Origin: an uncultured Gammaproteobacteria bacterium
Lineage (GTDB): Bacteria; Patescibacteriota; Microgenomatia; Levybacterales; UBA12049
NCBI GenBank assembly: GCA_964515545.1
Contig: CAZERI010000002.1
Span: 213,731 to 277,730 of the forward strand
Reading direction: 5' to 3'
Length of the DNA stretch: 64,000 nt
Part shown: positions 32,084-41,543 of the stretch, piece after piece
Layout: the number at the start of each line of letters is the position of its first letter
Numbering within the stretch: the stretch's first letter is position 1
Program-made: the position numbers and the translations under genes
The notes under the pieces: model-generated
What the model was told of the DNA's origin: nothing
The model's database searches: none
Seen by the model: only the letters and a program-made list of their open reading frames with translations

Positions 32084-33022
32084 TTAAGCAGAAAGATTTA
32101 CTAATTTCGGTTTTTTACCAGATGCATAATCCAGAGTATAGGAAATATTCCGAGTGACATCATGGAGTGATTCAAGTTTTTTATTATCATCACTCATTAC
32201 TGCCTTGTAGATAATATTATTAGTGACATCGTGATAGTACCATTCGTTATGCTTATCTTGTTTAGCAATAACTGCTCTATTTTTATCAGTAAGCTTAGCG
32301 ATAAGAGAGGCAGTAGATGCTCTTTCAAAACACTGAGTAAAAGTCTCCCCGGAAATATATTCTGACATTCCTATACTTACAGTAAGCTTTTGGGGAATTT
32401 CATTGCTAACAGGAATTGCTTCAACTTTTTCTCTCATTCTTTCGCCTGGAGGAGTGAGATCAGTTGTCTGTCTGGTCGAGTCGAATGCTTCGGGAGCGTT
32501 TTCTGGAGCTTCTTTATCATAAGGGAGAGCAAATGCAAATTCTTCTCCACCCCATCTTCCTGCAAGATCAGTATCCCGAATAGATGTAGTAAGGGCTGTG
32601 GCAACTTCTCGCAGAGCATGGTCTCCGGTAAGTTCTCCATAAGTTGAGTTAAACGCCCCAAAATTGTCTATATCTTGAATACCTAAGATAAGTCCATGAA
32701 GGTTGGGATTCCGATTTACTTTAGCTATTTCACGCTCAGCTTCATTGAAAAAAGATTCGTGATTACGTAATCCTGTCTTCTTATCATATTCTGCAGCGAG
32801 ATCTGCCCTTACTTTATCAACTGCTATCCCTAAAAATGAGGATGTAGGCTCTTCACGTTTGGTATCTTTCCGAAAGCTCTCTTGAGCTGCTTGCTGCTGC
32901 TGTCGCACCATATCCCTAAGTCTTCCGAGTCTTCCTGAGGAGCCTGGATTTGTAACCGATGCTTTTTTTTCCGAAGAGGTTGGCTGAGGAGATTTGTTTA
33001 GTTCAGTAGTACCTTCGGACAT
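32084..33022 (-). CDS. GGDEF-domain diguanylate cyclase with low-complexity N-terminus and extra C-terminal region
   Basis: Active-site GGEEF is preceded by an RxxD I-site (RDTD). The N-terminal ~90 aa are Ser/Gln/Lys-rich and likely disordered. About 120 aa of unassigned sequence follows the GGDEF domain. Confidence 0.75.
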   Translation of the reverse strand: MSEGTTELNKSPQPTSSEKKASVTNPGSSGRLGRLRDMVRQQQQAAQESFRKDTKREEPTSSFLGIAVDKVRADLAAEYDKKTGLRNHESFFNEAEREIAKVNRNPNLHGLILGIQDIDNFGAFNSTYGELTGDHALREVATALTTSIRDTDLAGRWGGEEFAFALPYDKEAPENAPEAFDSTRQTTDLTPPGERMREKVEAIPVSNEIPQKLTVSIGMSEYISGETFTQCFERASTASLIAKLTDKNRAVIAKQDKHNEWYYHDVTNNIIYKAVMSDDNKKLESLHDVTRNISYTLDYASGKKPKLVNLSA

Positions 33023-33024
33023 AA

Positions 33025-34344
33025 TTACGTAAGACGTTGGAGAAGTTTTTCTCTAATGAAATTAACATCTACTTTACGCCCAATGAGGCGCATACATTGA
33101 CCAACTAAGAACATTATGACAGATTCCTTTCCTGATTTATAGTCATTAACTGCTTTTTCGTTTTCTGAAAGTACTTTATCGATAATTGATTGGAGTTCTG
33201 CTTCATCAATAGTATCGACTTTAGCGTTTTTGGCTATATTCTCTACCAAGTTAGCCGAAGTGATAGACGAATAATCTATTTTTTTATTAATAATTTCATT
33301 AGCAATCTGCTTTTCTGTTATCCCAATTTTTTTGCCTAGCTCGACTGCTCTCTCAAAGTAATCAGCCAGTGATTTCTCTCTAGTCAGGATCTCCGCATCA
33401 TAGGAGGTGATACCAAATAGCTTCACAAATCGGGAGATTTTTTCTTCCTGTAATTCTGGCAATATATCACTCAGATTGCTAATTTGTTCTTTAGTGAACG
33501 TAATGGGAGGGATATCCGGCTCTGGGAAGTAACGATAGTCGTTGGCTTCTTCTTTTAATCGCTGAGAGACAGTTTCGTTTTTTAATTCATTCCATCCTCG
33601 AGTTTCCTGGAGGGGAGTCTCGCCTTTTTCAAGAAGTTCTCTTTGGCGTTTTATCTCAAATTCTATGGATTTTCCGACAAATCTAAATGAATTAATATTT
33701 TTTACCTCAACTTTATAGTTAGGAAGTACGGATGGGTTAGTAGTTAGCGATATATTAGGCTCAAGACGCATATCTCCTTTTTCCATATCAGCATTTGATA
33801 CATCCAAATAGCGGACAATCTGGTGAAGGCGTTGGAGATATTCAATAACATCTTCTGAATTATTAAAATCGGGTTCAGTCACGATTTCAACAAGAGGAAC
33901 ACTTGAGCGGTTAAAATCAATTAAGCTTGTTTTGGCTCTTTGTACATCTTGGTGGATGAGCTTACCAGTGTCTTCCTCCATGTGAACTCTGCGAATTCTC
34001 ACCATCTTCCCTGATTTCAGCTTCATAGAGCCATTTTTCCCAAAAGGAAGATCATACTGGCTGATCTGATAACCTTTAGGAAGATCTGGATAGAAGTAAT
34101 TCTTGCGGTCAAACTTAGAGAATTCATTAATTTCACAATTAAGAGCGAGTGCGATCAAGATACACCACTCAATCGCTGTTTTATTAGGAACTGGTAATGC
34201 TCCGGGAAGTCCTAAACAGACTGGACATGTGTGGGTGTTCGGCTCAGCTCCAAAATACTCAGCAGAACAGCGACAGAACATCTTGGATTTGGTCTTTAGT
34301 TCTACATGTACTTCCAGGCCGATAATGGGAGTGTATGTGTTCAT
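33025..34344 (-). CDS. gatB: Asp/Glu-tRNA(Asn/Gln) amidotransferase subunit B
   Basis: N-terminal IGLEVHVEL and a C-terminal YqeY/GatB domain, 439 aa. Confidence 0.9.
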   Translation of the reverse strand: MNTYTPIIGLEVHVELKTKSKMFCRCSAEYFGAEPNTHTCPVCLGLPGALPVPNKTAIEWCILIALALNCEINEFSKFDRKNYFYPDLPKGYQISQYDLPFGKNGSMKLKSGKMVRIRRVHMEEDTGKLIHQDVQRAKTSLIDFNRSSVPLVEIVTEPDFNNSEDVIEYLQRLHQIVRYLDVSNADMEKGDMRLEPNISLTTNPSVLPNYKVEVKNINSFRFVGKSIEFEIKRQRELLEKGETPLQETRGWNELKNETVSQRLKEEANDYRYFPEPDIPPITFTKEQISNLSDILPELQEEKISRFVKLFGITSYDAEILTREKSLADYFERAVELGKKIGITEKQIANEIINKKIDYSSITSANLVENIAKNAKVDTIDEAELQSIIDKVLSENEKAVNDYKSGKESVIMFLVGQCMRLIGRKVDVNFIREKLLQRLT

Positions 34345-35744
34345 AGGTGCGGACGCTCCTTCCAGACTGGATTTGCTTGTTCAAAGGCAAATCCTACTTG
34401 GTAGAGTTGGTCTTCGCTAAAATGAGGACCAAGAATCTGCATTCCAACAGGGAGTTCATCTACAAATCCAACAGGCACTGAAAGACCCGGAACTCCTACT
34501 AAATTTGCATGAACGGTAAAAATATCTGAGAGATACATAGCTAAAGGATCATCTGCTTTAGCACCTAATTTCCATGGCAGTGTAGGGGAGGCAGGTGTAA
34601 TCATAACGTCGACTTTTTTAAATGCTTCTTCAAAGTCTTTTTTCAAGAGCGTTCTTACCTGCATAGCTTTTTTATAATATGCATCGTAATACCCTGCTGA
34701 GAGAACGTACGTCCCAAGCATAATACGGCGTTTTGCTTCATCCCCAAAATTGGATCTATCGTTTCCATACCTCACACCTGTATAGCGTGCGAGGTTTGAA
34801 GAGACTTCTGCAGTCTGAATGATGTAATATACCTCAATTGCATAAGGTGTGTGGGGAAGTGAGACATCAATAAGCTCAGCGCCTTCTTGTTCATACCATG
34901 CAAGTGTTTTTTCGATCTCTTTTTTAACTTTGGGATCTAGACCTTTGATAAAGTACTCTTTAGGTACTCCAATCTTTAACCCTTTAACTCCCTTAGTTAT
35001 ATTTTTTGTGTAGTCCGGGACTTCAACTTCAGGAGTAGTAGCATCCATCTCATCATGCCCTGCAGTGACTTTAAGATACATAGCGTTATCTTCAACTGTC
35101 TTTGTGAAATGACCAATTGAATCTAGAGAAGACGCCATAGCAATAACACCATAACGGCTCACTCTTCCATAAGTAGGTTTAAGTCCAACTACGTTACAAA
35201 AACTGGCGGGAAGTCTGATAGAGCCTCCTGTATCGGTCCCTGAGGCTGCCAAAGCCAGATCAGCAGCAACAGAGGCAGGAGAGCCACTACTTGATCCTCC
35301 CGGAACAAATTCAGTGTTGTAAGGATTTTTAGTCGGTCCAAAATCAGAATTTTCTCCACTAGAACCATGCGCCCATGCATCTAAATTGGTTTTGCCTAAT
35401 AAGACAGCACCTGCATCTTTGAGTCTCTTAACCACTGTGCCATCATACTGAGCTTTGTAGTTTTCTAGAACTTTAGAAGCAGCTGTTGTCCTGATGCCTT
35501 TAGTTTGAAATAAATCTTTATGTGCAATAGGAATTCCAAGCATGGGAGTGGATTCGCCTTTAGCTAGCCTTGCATCAGCGTTTTTAGCATCTTCGAGCGC
35601 TTCCTCTTCAGTAACTGTTAAAAATGCGTTAAGGATATCATTATGTTTTTTAATAGTTTCAAGGTAGGAAGAAGTGAGCTCAACTGAGGAGATTTCTTTA
35701 CTGTCGAGCTTTTTTCTTGCTTCTGTAATAGTTACGTTATTCAT
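34341..35744 (-). CDS. gatA: Asp/Glu-tRNA(Asn/Gln) amidotransferase subunit A (amidase signature family)
   Basis: Amidase signature GGSSSGS and Ser-cisSer-Lys triad context, 467 aa. Confidence 0.9.
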   Translation of the reverse strand: MNNVTITEARKKLDSKEISSVELTSSYLETIKKHNDILNAFLTVTEEEALEDAKNADARLAKGESTPMLGIPIAHKDLFQTKGIRTTAASKVLENYKAQYDGTVVKRLKDAGAVLLGKTNLDAWAHGSSGENSDFGPTKNPYNTEFVPGGSSSGSPASVAADLALAASGTDTGGSIRLPASFCNVVGLKPTYGRVSRYGVIAMASSLDSIGHFTKTVEDNAMYLKVTAGHDEMDATTPEVEVPDYTKNITKGVKGLKIGVPKEYFIKGLDPKVKKEIEKTLAWYEQEGAELIDVSLPHTPYAIEVYYIIQTAEVSSNLARYTGVRYGNDRSNFGDEAKRRIMLGTYVLSAGYYDAYYKKAMQVRTLLKKDFEEAFKKVDVMITPASPTLPWKLGAKADDPLAMYLSDIFTVHANLVGVPGLSVPVGFVDELPVGMQILGPHFSEDQLYQVGFAFEQANPVWKERPHL

Positions 35745-36057
35745 TTTCGAGTACTCCTTCTACAGCAAAGAATCCGTTGTGTTTGTTACGTGCTTGGGAC
35801 AAGGCTTCCTCTTGTGAAAGAGAAGGTCGAGACTTATCTCCATCCAGTACATTTTCAAGACCAGTTACTTGACTTGTTTCCTTAATACCTGTTGTATCTA
35901 CCTCATTCAAGCGTTCAATATAAGAAAGGACATTGGAGAGCTGGGACTCAAATTTAGCTTCTTCTGATTTATCAATTTGCAGATTTGCTAATTTGGCAAT
36001 GTGGGGAATGTTAATTTTCATGAGGGTATTATACGCTAATGCCAAGGCGAGTAGCAA
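35737..36057 (-). CDS. gatC: Asp/Glu-tRNA(Asn/Gln) amidotransferase subunit C
   Basis: 106 aa ORF immediately upstream of gatA (overlapping starts) with a GatC-like sequence (IAKLANLQIDKSEEAKF). Confidence 0.75.
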   Translation of the reverse strand: MLLALALAYNTLMKINIPHIAKLANLQIDKSEEAKFESQLSNVLSYIERLNEVDTTGIKETSQVTGLENVLDGDKSRPSLSQEEALSQARNKHNGFFAVEGVLENE

Positions 36058-36790
36058 TTGCCGAGTGCGCCTTATTTTCTAGTGAGTCATCGAGGCTTTC
36101 CAATTCTATTTTTTCTCTATATTTTTTTTTGAGAGATTTAGCAATTAGCCAATCAGCAACTGCTGGGTTTTTAGGAAGAAGTGGCCCATGGAAATAGCAT
36201 CCGATAGCATTTTTGTAAATCACACCTTCAGTCAGATCTTTCCCATTATTACCATAACCCTTAATAATTTTTGCAAAGGGTGTAGCATCCCTTCCTAGGG
36301 TAGTTCTACCACCATGATTTTCAAAGCCGACAATTGTGGTTGTTAGGCCAGGTATCTCCACTCGGGCTACAGCATTACCAATAAGCCGTGGCTGATTAAG
36401 TCCGGGATGTTTTGTTGTCATATCAAAAACGCCTACACCCTCAATCCTTTTGCCTTCAGCAGGCTCATAATACTTTCCCATAAGCTGAGGTGCACCACAG
36501 ACAAAAAGAGCTGCCGTGCCATCGAGAATAAGCTCCTTAATAATGGCGCCTTTGTCGCCTTTGAGATCACTCATCACAATTTCTTGTTCCAAATCTTGAG
36601 CTCCACCTCCAAAAATAATATCTACCTTTTTCAGCTCACTCTGTCTTGTTTCAGGAGTTATGGAAAGTATTTCTATCGTAAATCCTCTCCATTCACAACG
36701 TTTCTTAAGCGCCATAATGTTGCCACGATCTCCGTAGGTGCTCATAAGATCAGGATATAACCAGCCTATGATGAGTTTTTTTTCTTTCAT
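36029..36790 (-). CDS. gatD: Lipid II isoglutaminyl synthase glutaminase subunit GatD (CobB/CobQ-like class I glutamine amidotransferase)
   Basis: Strong similarity to the MurT-partner GatD: GFENHGGRT, GYGNNG, YKN..G.YFHGPLLPKN. It overlaps murT upstream. Confidence 0.85.
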   Translation of the reverse strand: MKEKKLIIGWLYPDLMSTYGDRGNIMALKKRCEWRGFTIEILSITPETRQSELKKVDIIFGGGAQDLEQEIVMSDLKGDKGAIIKELILDGTAALFVCGAPQLMGKYYEPAEGKRIEGVGVFDMTTKHPGLNQPRLIGNAVARVEIPGLTTTIVGFENHGGRTTLGRDATPFAKIIKGYGNNGKDLTEGVIYKNAIGCYFHGPLLPKNPAVADWLIAKSLKKKYREKIELESLDDSLENKAHSAIATRLGISV

Positions 36791-38058
36791 AAAATCTTTT
36801 TCCCAACTAATAACTTACGTACATCCAGCATAGCGGTATATGTTGGGAGAATAAATAATATTTGGTTTAAAGGAGTTTTGGAAAGAGCTGTATTTATAGC
36901 ATCTAGCAAGTTTGGTTTTAATTCATAAGGAATGTCAGCATACTTAAGTCTAAGAGCTAAATCGTAGACTCTGTCACCACTTATAGTTATAGAGATGTTT
37001 TTTTGGGAAAGCTTCTCAAAGTCCACGTCCCAGATCCACGAAACATCAGTCCCATCAGCTATACGATCATTGAGAATAAGAAGTAAATTTGTGGCATCGA
37101 GTTCCAAAGATGTTTGGATCGTTTGATTAAACCCTGCAGGGTTTTTTGCCAATATAAGCTCTATTTCTTTATTATTAATAATAAGTTTTTCTTGTCTGCC
37201 AAAGGCTGGTTTAAAGCTATCCAAATACTGCTCTGCGCTCACCCCTAATATCCTGGCGGTAAGGACGGCAGCTAACGTGTTGTAGTGATTATACGTTCCA
37301 GAGAGCGGGTATGAATCAACATAAGACAAAAAGTCTTTGGGATGAGTAAAGTCTCCTGTTGGACAGCTCCAATCTCCTAAATGAGAATAATAAAATGTCT
37401 GATAGCTAAGTTTAGACTTACATAAAGGGCAATGGACGGAATCTGAGGCATGCTCTGAATTCTTCGTTCCTTTTTCTTTAAGGCCAAAATAACTTACTTT
37501 GAGACTGACATCATTGCCAAGAAATGCTATCTGAGGATCATCTGCATTAAGAATAAGATGAGTTGATGAGGGAAGTGTCATAATAGTTTTTTTCCAGCGG
37601 TTAGCAATTGTGTTAAGTTCTCCATAGCGATCTAGTTGATCACGAAAAAGGTTGAGGACAATAATGACATTCGGTGTAATCTCCTGACAAGCAAGGGGAA
37701 ATGTATTCTCATCAACTTCAAAGAGAGCATAGTCTGCATGAATCTTCCCTCTTAAGTCGGAATTAAGAAGAAGAGTTGATGCTATCCCATTAATGAGATT
37801 TGCACCGGAGGTATTCTGAATAACTTTTTTACCGCTTGAAGTAAGAAGGTGAGCGAGCAGAGAAGTAGTAGTTGTTTTTCCATTGGTACCCATAATAAAA
37901 ATCACTTTAGTCTGAGATTTTCTTATTAAGTCAGAAATAAAATGGGGGTTATAGGTGAGTGCTATATGTCCAGGCCACGTTGAGCCATTTCCTAAATTGG
38001 CAACTCTACTAACCTTAGAGAGAAGTTTTCCGTAATGGATCAATAGTTGGTTTTTCAC
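36787..38058 (-). CDS. murT: Lipid II isoglutaminyl synthase MurT (Mur ligase family with Cys4 ribbon and DUF1727 C-terminal domain)
   Basis: Mur ligase P-loop GTNGKTTTTSL and the Cys-rich insert HCPLCKSK...SCPTGD. The N-terminus (YGKLLSKVSRVANLGNGSTWPGHIA) matches the MurT N-terminal region. An in-frame GTG at 38058 is proposed as the start, because the ORF-track TTG at 38130 would overlap htpX by 65 nt. Confidence 0.8.
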   Translation of the reverse strand: MKNQLLIHYGKLLSKVSRVANLGNGSTWPGHIALTYNPHFISDLIRKSQTKVIFIMGTNGKTTTTSLLAHLLTSSGKKVIQNTSGANLINGIASTLLLNSDLRGKIHADYALFEVDENTFPLACQEITPNVIIVLNLFRDQLDRYGELNTIANRWKKTIMTLPSSTHLILNADDPQIAFLGNDVSLKVSYFGLKEKGTKNSEHASDSVHCPLCKSKLSYQTFYYSHLGDWSCPTGDFTHPKDFLSYVDSYPLSGTYNHYNTLAAVLTARILGVSAEQYLDSFKPAFGRQEKLIINNKEIELILAKNPAGFNQTIQTSLELDATNLLLILNDRIADGTDVSWIWDVDFEKLSQKNISITISGDRVYDLALRLKYADIPYELKPNLLDAINTALSKTPLNQILFILPTYTAMLDVRKLLVGKKIL

Positions 38059-38065
38059 AAAGTGG

Positions 38066-38959
38066 TTACATCTCTCGTAAGATCTTAATACGTTCTTGAA
38101 CGGGAGGATGCGTATTAAAAAGTGAAGCAAGCCAGGCTCCAGCTTCTTTTCCTTTAAAAGGATTTACAATAAAAAGATGAGCAGTTGCGGTAGTAGCGCT
38201 TCTTGTTGGACGTGGGTCACTTGAAATCTTCTCGAGTGCACTTGCTAAGCCTTCAGGATATCTTGTCAAAAGAGCTCCTGATGCATCCGCCAGAAACTCT
38301 CTTTTCCGAGAGATTGCTAGTTGGATAAGTGTAGCAATAATAGGGGAGATAACTGCAAAAATAATTCCGAGAAGAAGGAAGATACCATTACCTCTGTTGT
38401 CATTATCATCTGAATCTCGAAACCATAGACTTCGCATGAACATATCTGCAAGAATTGCCACAAAACCCACTAAAACAGCAACAACCGCCATGACACGAAT
38501 ATCATAATTCTTAACATGAGATAGTTCATGAGCAATTACGCCTTCTAATTCTGCCTTGTTAAGTCTTTCTAAGATTCCTGTTGTACAACAAACTACAGCA
38601 TGTTTAGGGTCTCGTCCTGTAGCAAAAGCATTGGGAGAAGAGTCTTGGGTAATAAAGATTTTTGGCATCGGGAGCCCATCTGCTATAGTCAAATTTTCGA
38701 CTATGTGGAAAAGCTCTGGATTATCTGCTTCAGAAATTTCTTGAGCGTTCGCAGTTGCTAGGACAAGTTTGTCAGAAAAATAATAACTCCCCACAGAGCT
38801 AACAATCGCAAAGATGAAAGCGATTACTGCATATGAAGCTGCCAGCCCACCTGAGGCTTTTCCATATACAAAACCAAGTGTTGTAATAAACAACACAAAA
38901 AGCAGCATAATAAAAATAGTTTTGCGTTTGTTGCTTCCAACCGCACTATAAATATTCAT
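38066..38959 (-). CDS. htpX: Zinc metalloprotease HtpX (M48 family)
   Basis: HEXXH motif (HELSHV) with flanking TM helices, 297 aa. Confidence 0.85.
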   Translation of the reverse strand: MNIYSAVGSNKRKTIFIMLLFVLFITTLGFVYGKASGGLAASYAVIAFIFAIVSSVGSYYFSDKLVLATANAQEISEADNPELFHIVENLTIADGLPMPKIFITQDSSPNAFATGRDPKHAVVCCTTGILERLNKAELEGVIAHELSHVKNYDIRVMAVVAVLVGFVAILADMFMRSLWFRDSDDNDNRGNGIFLLLGIIFAVISPIIATLIQLAISRKREFLADASGALLTRYPEGLASALEKISSDPRPTRSATTATAHLFIVNPFKGKEAGAWLASLFNTHPPVQERIKILREM

Positions 38960-38972
38960 ATTAAGATTCTCT

Positions 38973-39524
38973 TTAGAAGCTTACCTTTACTGGCTGACGC
39001 TCACTTTCTGATGCCCCGAAGAACTCAGCGGGTTTAAATCCAAACATATTTCCTATAATGTTGCTTGGAAAAACGCTTAGCTTCGTATTGTAAGTTAAGA
39101 CATTAGAATTGAGGAATTGACGAGAATAAGCGATTTTATTCTCAGTATCTGTTAATTCATCCTGCAGTTTGCCAAAATTTTCATTAGCTTTGAGTTGCGG
39201 ATAGTTTTCAGCAACAGCAAAAAGTGTCTTAAGAGTATCTGAGAGTTCATTATTTGCCTTAGCTTTATCTTTGTTTGAGTGGGCCTGCATGAGACTTGTC
39301 CTTGCTTTTGTAACATTCTCTAGAAGCTCTTTTTCATGCTTCGCATAACCTTTAACAGTCTCGACCAAATTCGGAATAAGATCTGTACGTCTCTTGAGTT
39401 GAACATCAATATGTGAAAGCGCTTCTGAAATACGCATTTTAGCTGTTACAAGTCCATTGTAAGTAAGCCATAGATAAACAAGAATTACACCCAGGATTAT
39501 AGCTAAAATAATATACAAATTCAT
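38973..39524 (-). CDS. lemA: LemA family protein
   Basis: N-terminal TM helix followed by the conserved LemA region ([23 protein letters not shown]...[12 protein letters not shown]). Confidence 0.8.
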   Translation of the reverse strand: MNLYIILAIILGVILVYLWLTYNGLVTAKMRISEALSHIDVQLKRRTDLIPNLVETVKGYAKHEKELLENVTKARTSLMQAHSNKDKAKANNELSDTLKTLFAVAENYPQLKANENFGKLQDELTDTENKIAYSRQFLNSNVLTYNTKLSVFPSNIIGNMFGFKPAEFFGASESERQPVKVSF

Positions 39525-39536
39525 AAAGTCACCTCC

Positions 39537-41303
39537 TTATTTCTTAAACCATTCACCTAACTTATTATACTCTTGTGCGTTTAAAATGTCATCTTTTGTC
39601 GCCCAACCTCTTCTTGCTACCGACACACCGTATCTCATTAAGTCCATTTGGGAGACTGCATGACTATCGGTATTGATAAATAATTTAACTCCCATGTCGA
39701 CAGCTTGTCGAACAAGCGTATCCATGAGATCAAGCCTTGAAGGAAATGCATTAATTTCTAATGCTTTATTTTCTGACTTACAAAAAGCAAAAATTTCTTT
39801 CCATTCTAATTCATATCCAGAACGTTCATTAATCAGTCTTCCTGTAGGATGGGTTAATATTTTTGCTTTAGGGTGGCTCAATCCTTTAAGAACTCTTTTA
39901 GTCATCTCTTGCTTATTCATAGTAAAAACGCTATGGATCGAAACAAGTGTTGCGTCTAGTAGTGAAAGTGCTTCATCATTAATTGCTAATATACCGTTAG
40001 GAAGGATATCTGTTTCGAGTAATGAAAATATACGAATACTTTTATTACTCTTATTAAGTTGTTCAATTTTTTTATTCCTTTTCAGCAAAATCTCAAAAAC
40101 TTCTTTATTTGTATGTTTAGACTGACTAGGGTTGTGTTCTGAAAATCCAATGTATCGATAGTGTAACTCCTGAGCCTTTTTTATCATTGTTTCCATAGAG
40201 TCTATTCCCATATCGTGGCTTGGTTCTATGGGAAAGTTAGAATGAAGATGGAAATCCCCTTTAATATCACTAAGATCTACTAGGTGAGGCAGTTTATGTT
40301 TTTCCGCTAACTCAATCTCTCCTGTGTCTTCACGGATCTCAGGCGGTATCCAGTCCAGGCCAAGCGCGTTATAGAATTTAGCTTCATCGTCATATTGAAC
40401 CAATGTATCAGGATGGGTTTTATTTCTAATACCGTATTCAGAAAGTGATAGGCCTTTTTTTAATGCAAATTCCCTAAGGTGGATATTATGTTCTTTGCTT
40501 CCTGTAAAGTGCTGGAGAAGTGAACCAAACGCAGCCGGAGGCTGAACCATAAGATCAACATGTTTACCTCCAGAAATAAGAATTGAAGATGTTGCTTCTC
40601 CTTTTTCAATAACTCTTTCTTTATAGGGATAGTCAGCAAAGTGTTGAAGGACTTTTTCTGGATGCTTAGTAGCTACAGCAAGATCAATATCACCAATAGT
40701 TTCTTTCCTCCGTCTAAGGCTCCCAAGAGGATAAATTTTTATAACGTCAGGAGATTTTTCCATATAGGCTATGATCTTCTCTGCCAGCTCTCCTGCAAAC
40801 GGCAGTACCATTCGCGATGTCTTATTAACTCCTGCACTATATTCGTTAATTGCTCTCAAAATATCAGATTGAGATTTTTCTCCAAATCCATCTAACTCAG
40901 CTATTTTACCAGCTTCAGCCAGGCGTTTAACGTCCTGAACAACAGTTTTCTCATTAGCAAGTTTAAAGTGAGATACAAGACGAAATGCTTTTTTTGGGCC
41001 AAAAGAAGGAATATCTAAAAGAGGGAAGAGAGCTTTAGGGATACCATTCATTACAGTCTCAAAGTGTTTTACATGTCCTGTCTTAATAAGTTCTTGTAGA
41101 TGTTCTTGGATTGAAGGTCCGACTCCTGCTATGGCTTGAAGTTTGTTCTCTTTTGCCAGGTCGCTAACTTCAGATGTGGAATTCGCTATTGCATCCGATG
41201 CCTTCTGATAGGCTATAATTTGAAAGCGATATTTTGCCTCATCTTTGATAGCATAGCTGGCTGCAACTTCATGGAGGAGTTTGGCAATCTCACTATTTGT
41301 CAC
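39537..41303 (-). CDS. polX: Family X DNA polymerase with C-terminal PHP phosphoesterase domain (PolX)
   Basis: N-terminal helix-hairpin-helix and pol-beta-like nucleotidyltransferase region (GSLRRRKETIGDIDL), plus a C-terminal PHP domain with conserved His residues (DFHLHSNF...). 588 aa. Confidence 0.8.
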   Translation of the reverse strand: MTNSEIAKLLHEVAASYAIKDEAKYRFQIIAYQKASDAIANSTSEVSDLAKENKLQAIAGVGPSIQEHLQELIKTGHVKHFETVMNGIPKALFPLLDIPSFGPKKAFRLVSHFKLANEKTVVQDVKRLAEAGKIAELDGFGEKSQSDILRAINEYSAGVNKTSRMVLPFAGELAEKIIAYMEKSPDVIKIYPLGSLRRRKETIGDIDLAVATKHPEKVLQHFADYPYKERVIEKGEATSSILISGGKHVDLMVQPPAAFGSLLQHFTGSKEHNIHLREFALKKGLSLSEYGIRNKTHPDTLVQYDDEAKFYNALGLDWIPPEIREDTGEIELAEKHKLPHLVDLSDIKGDFHLHSNFPIEPSHDMGIDSMETMIKKAQELHYRYIGFSEHNPSQSKHTNKEVFEILLKRNKKIEQLNKSNKSIRIFSLLETDILPNGILAINDEALSLLDATLVSIHSVFTMNKQEMTKRVLKGLSHPKAKILTHPTGRLINERSGYELEWKEIFAFCKSENKALEINAFPSRLDLMDTLVRQAVDMGVKLFINTDSHAVSQMDLMRYGVSVARRGWATKDDILNAQEYNKLGEWFKK

Positions 41304-41323
41304 ACTCTCATGCTAACAGATCA

Positions 41324-41352
41324 TTGACTAGCTAGCAATAATTTGGTACGAT
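41324..41352 (+). promoter_or_regulatory. Candidate sigma70-type promoter for tRNA-Asp
   Basis: TTGACT at 41324-41329, a 17 nt spacer and TACGAT at 41347-41352, about 50 nt upstream of the tRNA 5' end. Confidence 0.3.
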
Positions 41353-41404
41353 ACGCGCCATAGCTGTCTTCAGTTGAGCTACACTCAGACTAAAGACAAG
41401 TTTT

Positions 41405-41481
41405 GGGGTCGTAGCTCAGTTGGTTAGAGCGCTTCCCTGTCACGGAAGAGGTCGCGGGTTCGAGTCCCGTCGGCCCCGCCA
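41405..41481 (+). tRNA. tRNA-Asp (anticodon GTC), CCA encoded
   Basis: Cloverleaf: acceptor GGGGTCG/CGGCCCC (one G-U pair), D-arm GCTC-AGTTGGTTA-GAGC, anticodon stem CTTCC/GGAAG with loop CTGTCAC, T-arm GCGGG-TTCGAGT-CCCGT, then discriminator G and CCA. Confidence 0.9.
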
Positions 41482-41543
41482 AAAAGGCTTTATTTAGGAC
41501 AGTAAATAAGCCACATCGTCTGCCCATCAAATACCTAAGATTT

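Noticed and set aside
38059-38130. Long 65-nt overlap between murT (ORF-track TTG start) and htpX
   Set aside because: An in-frame GTG at 38058 gives a MurT N-terminus that matches the conserved MurT start region and removes the overlap. This is kept as a note, not as a finding.
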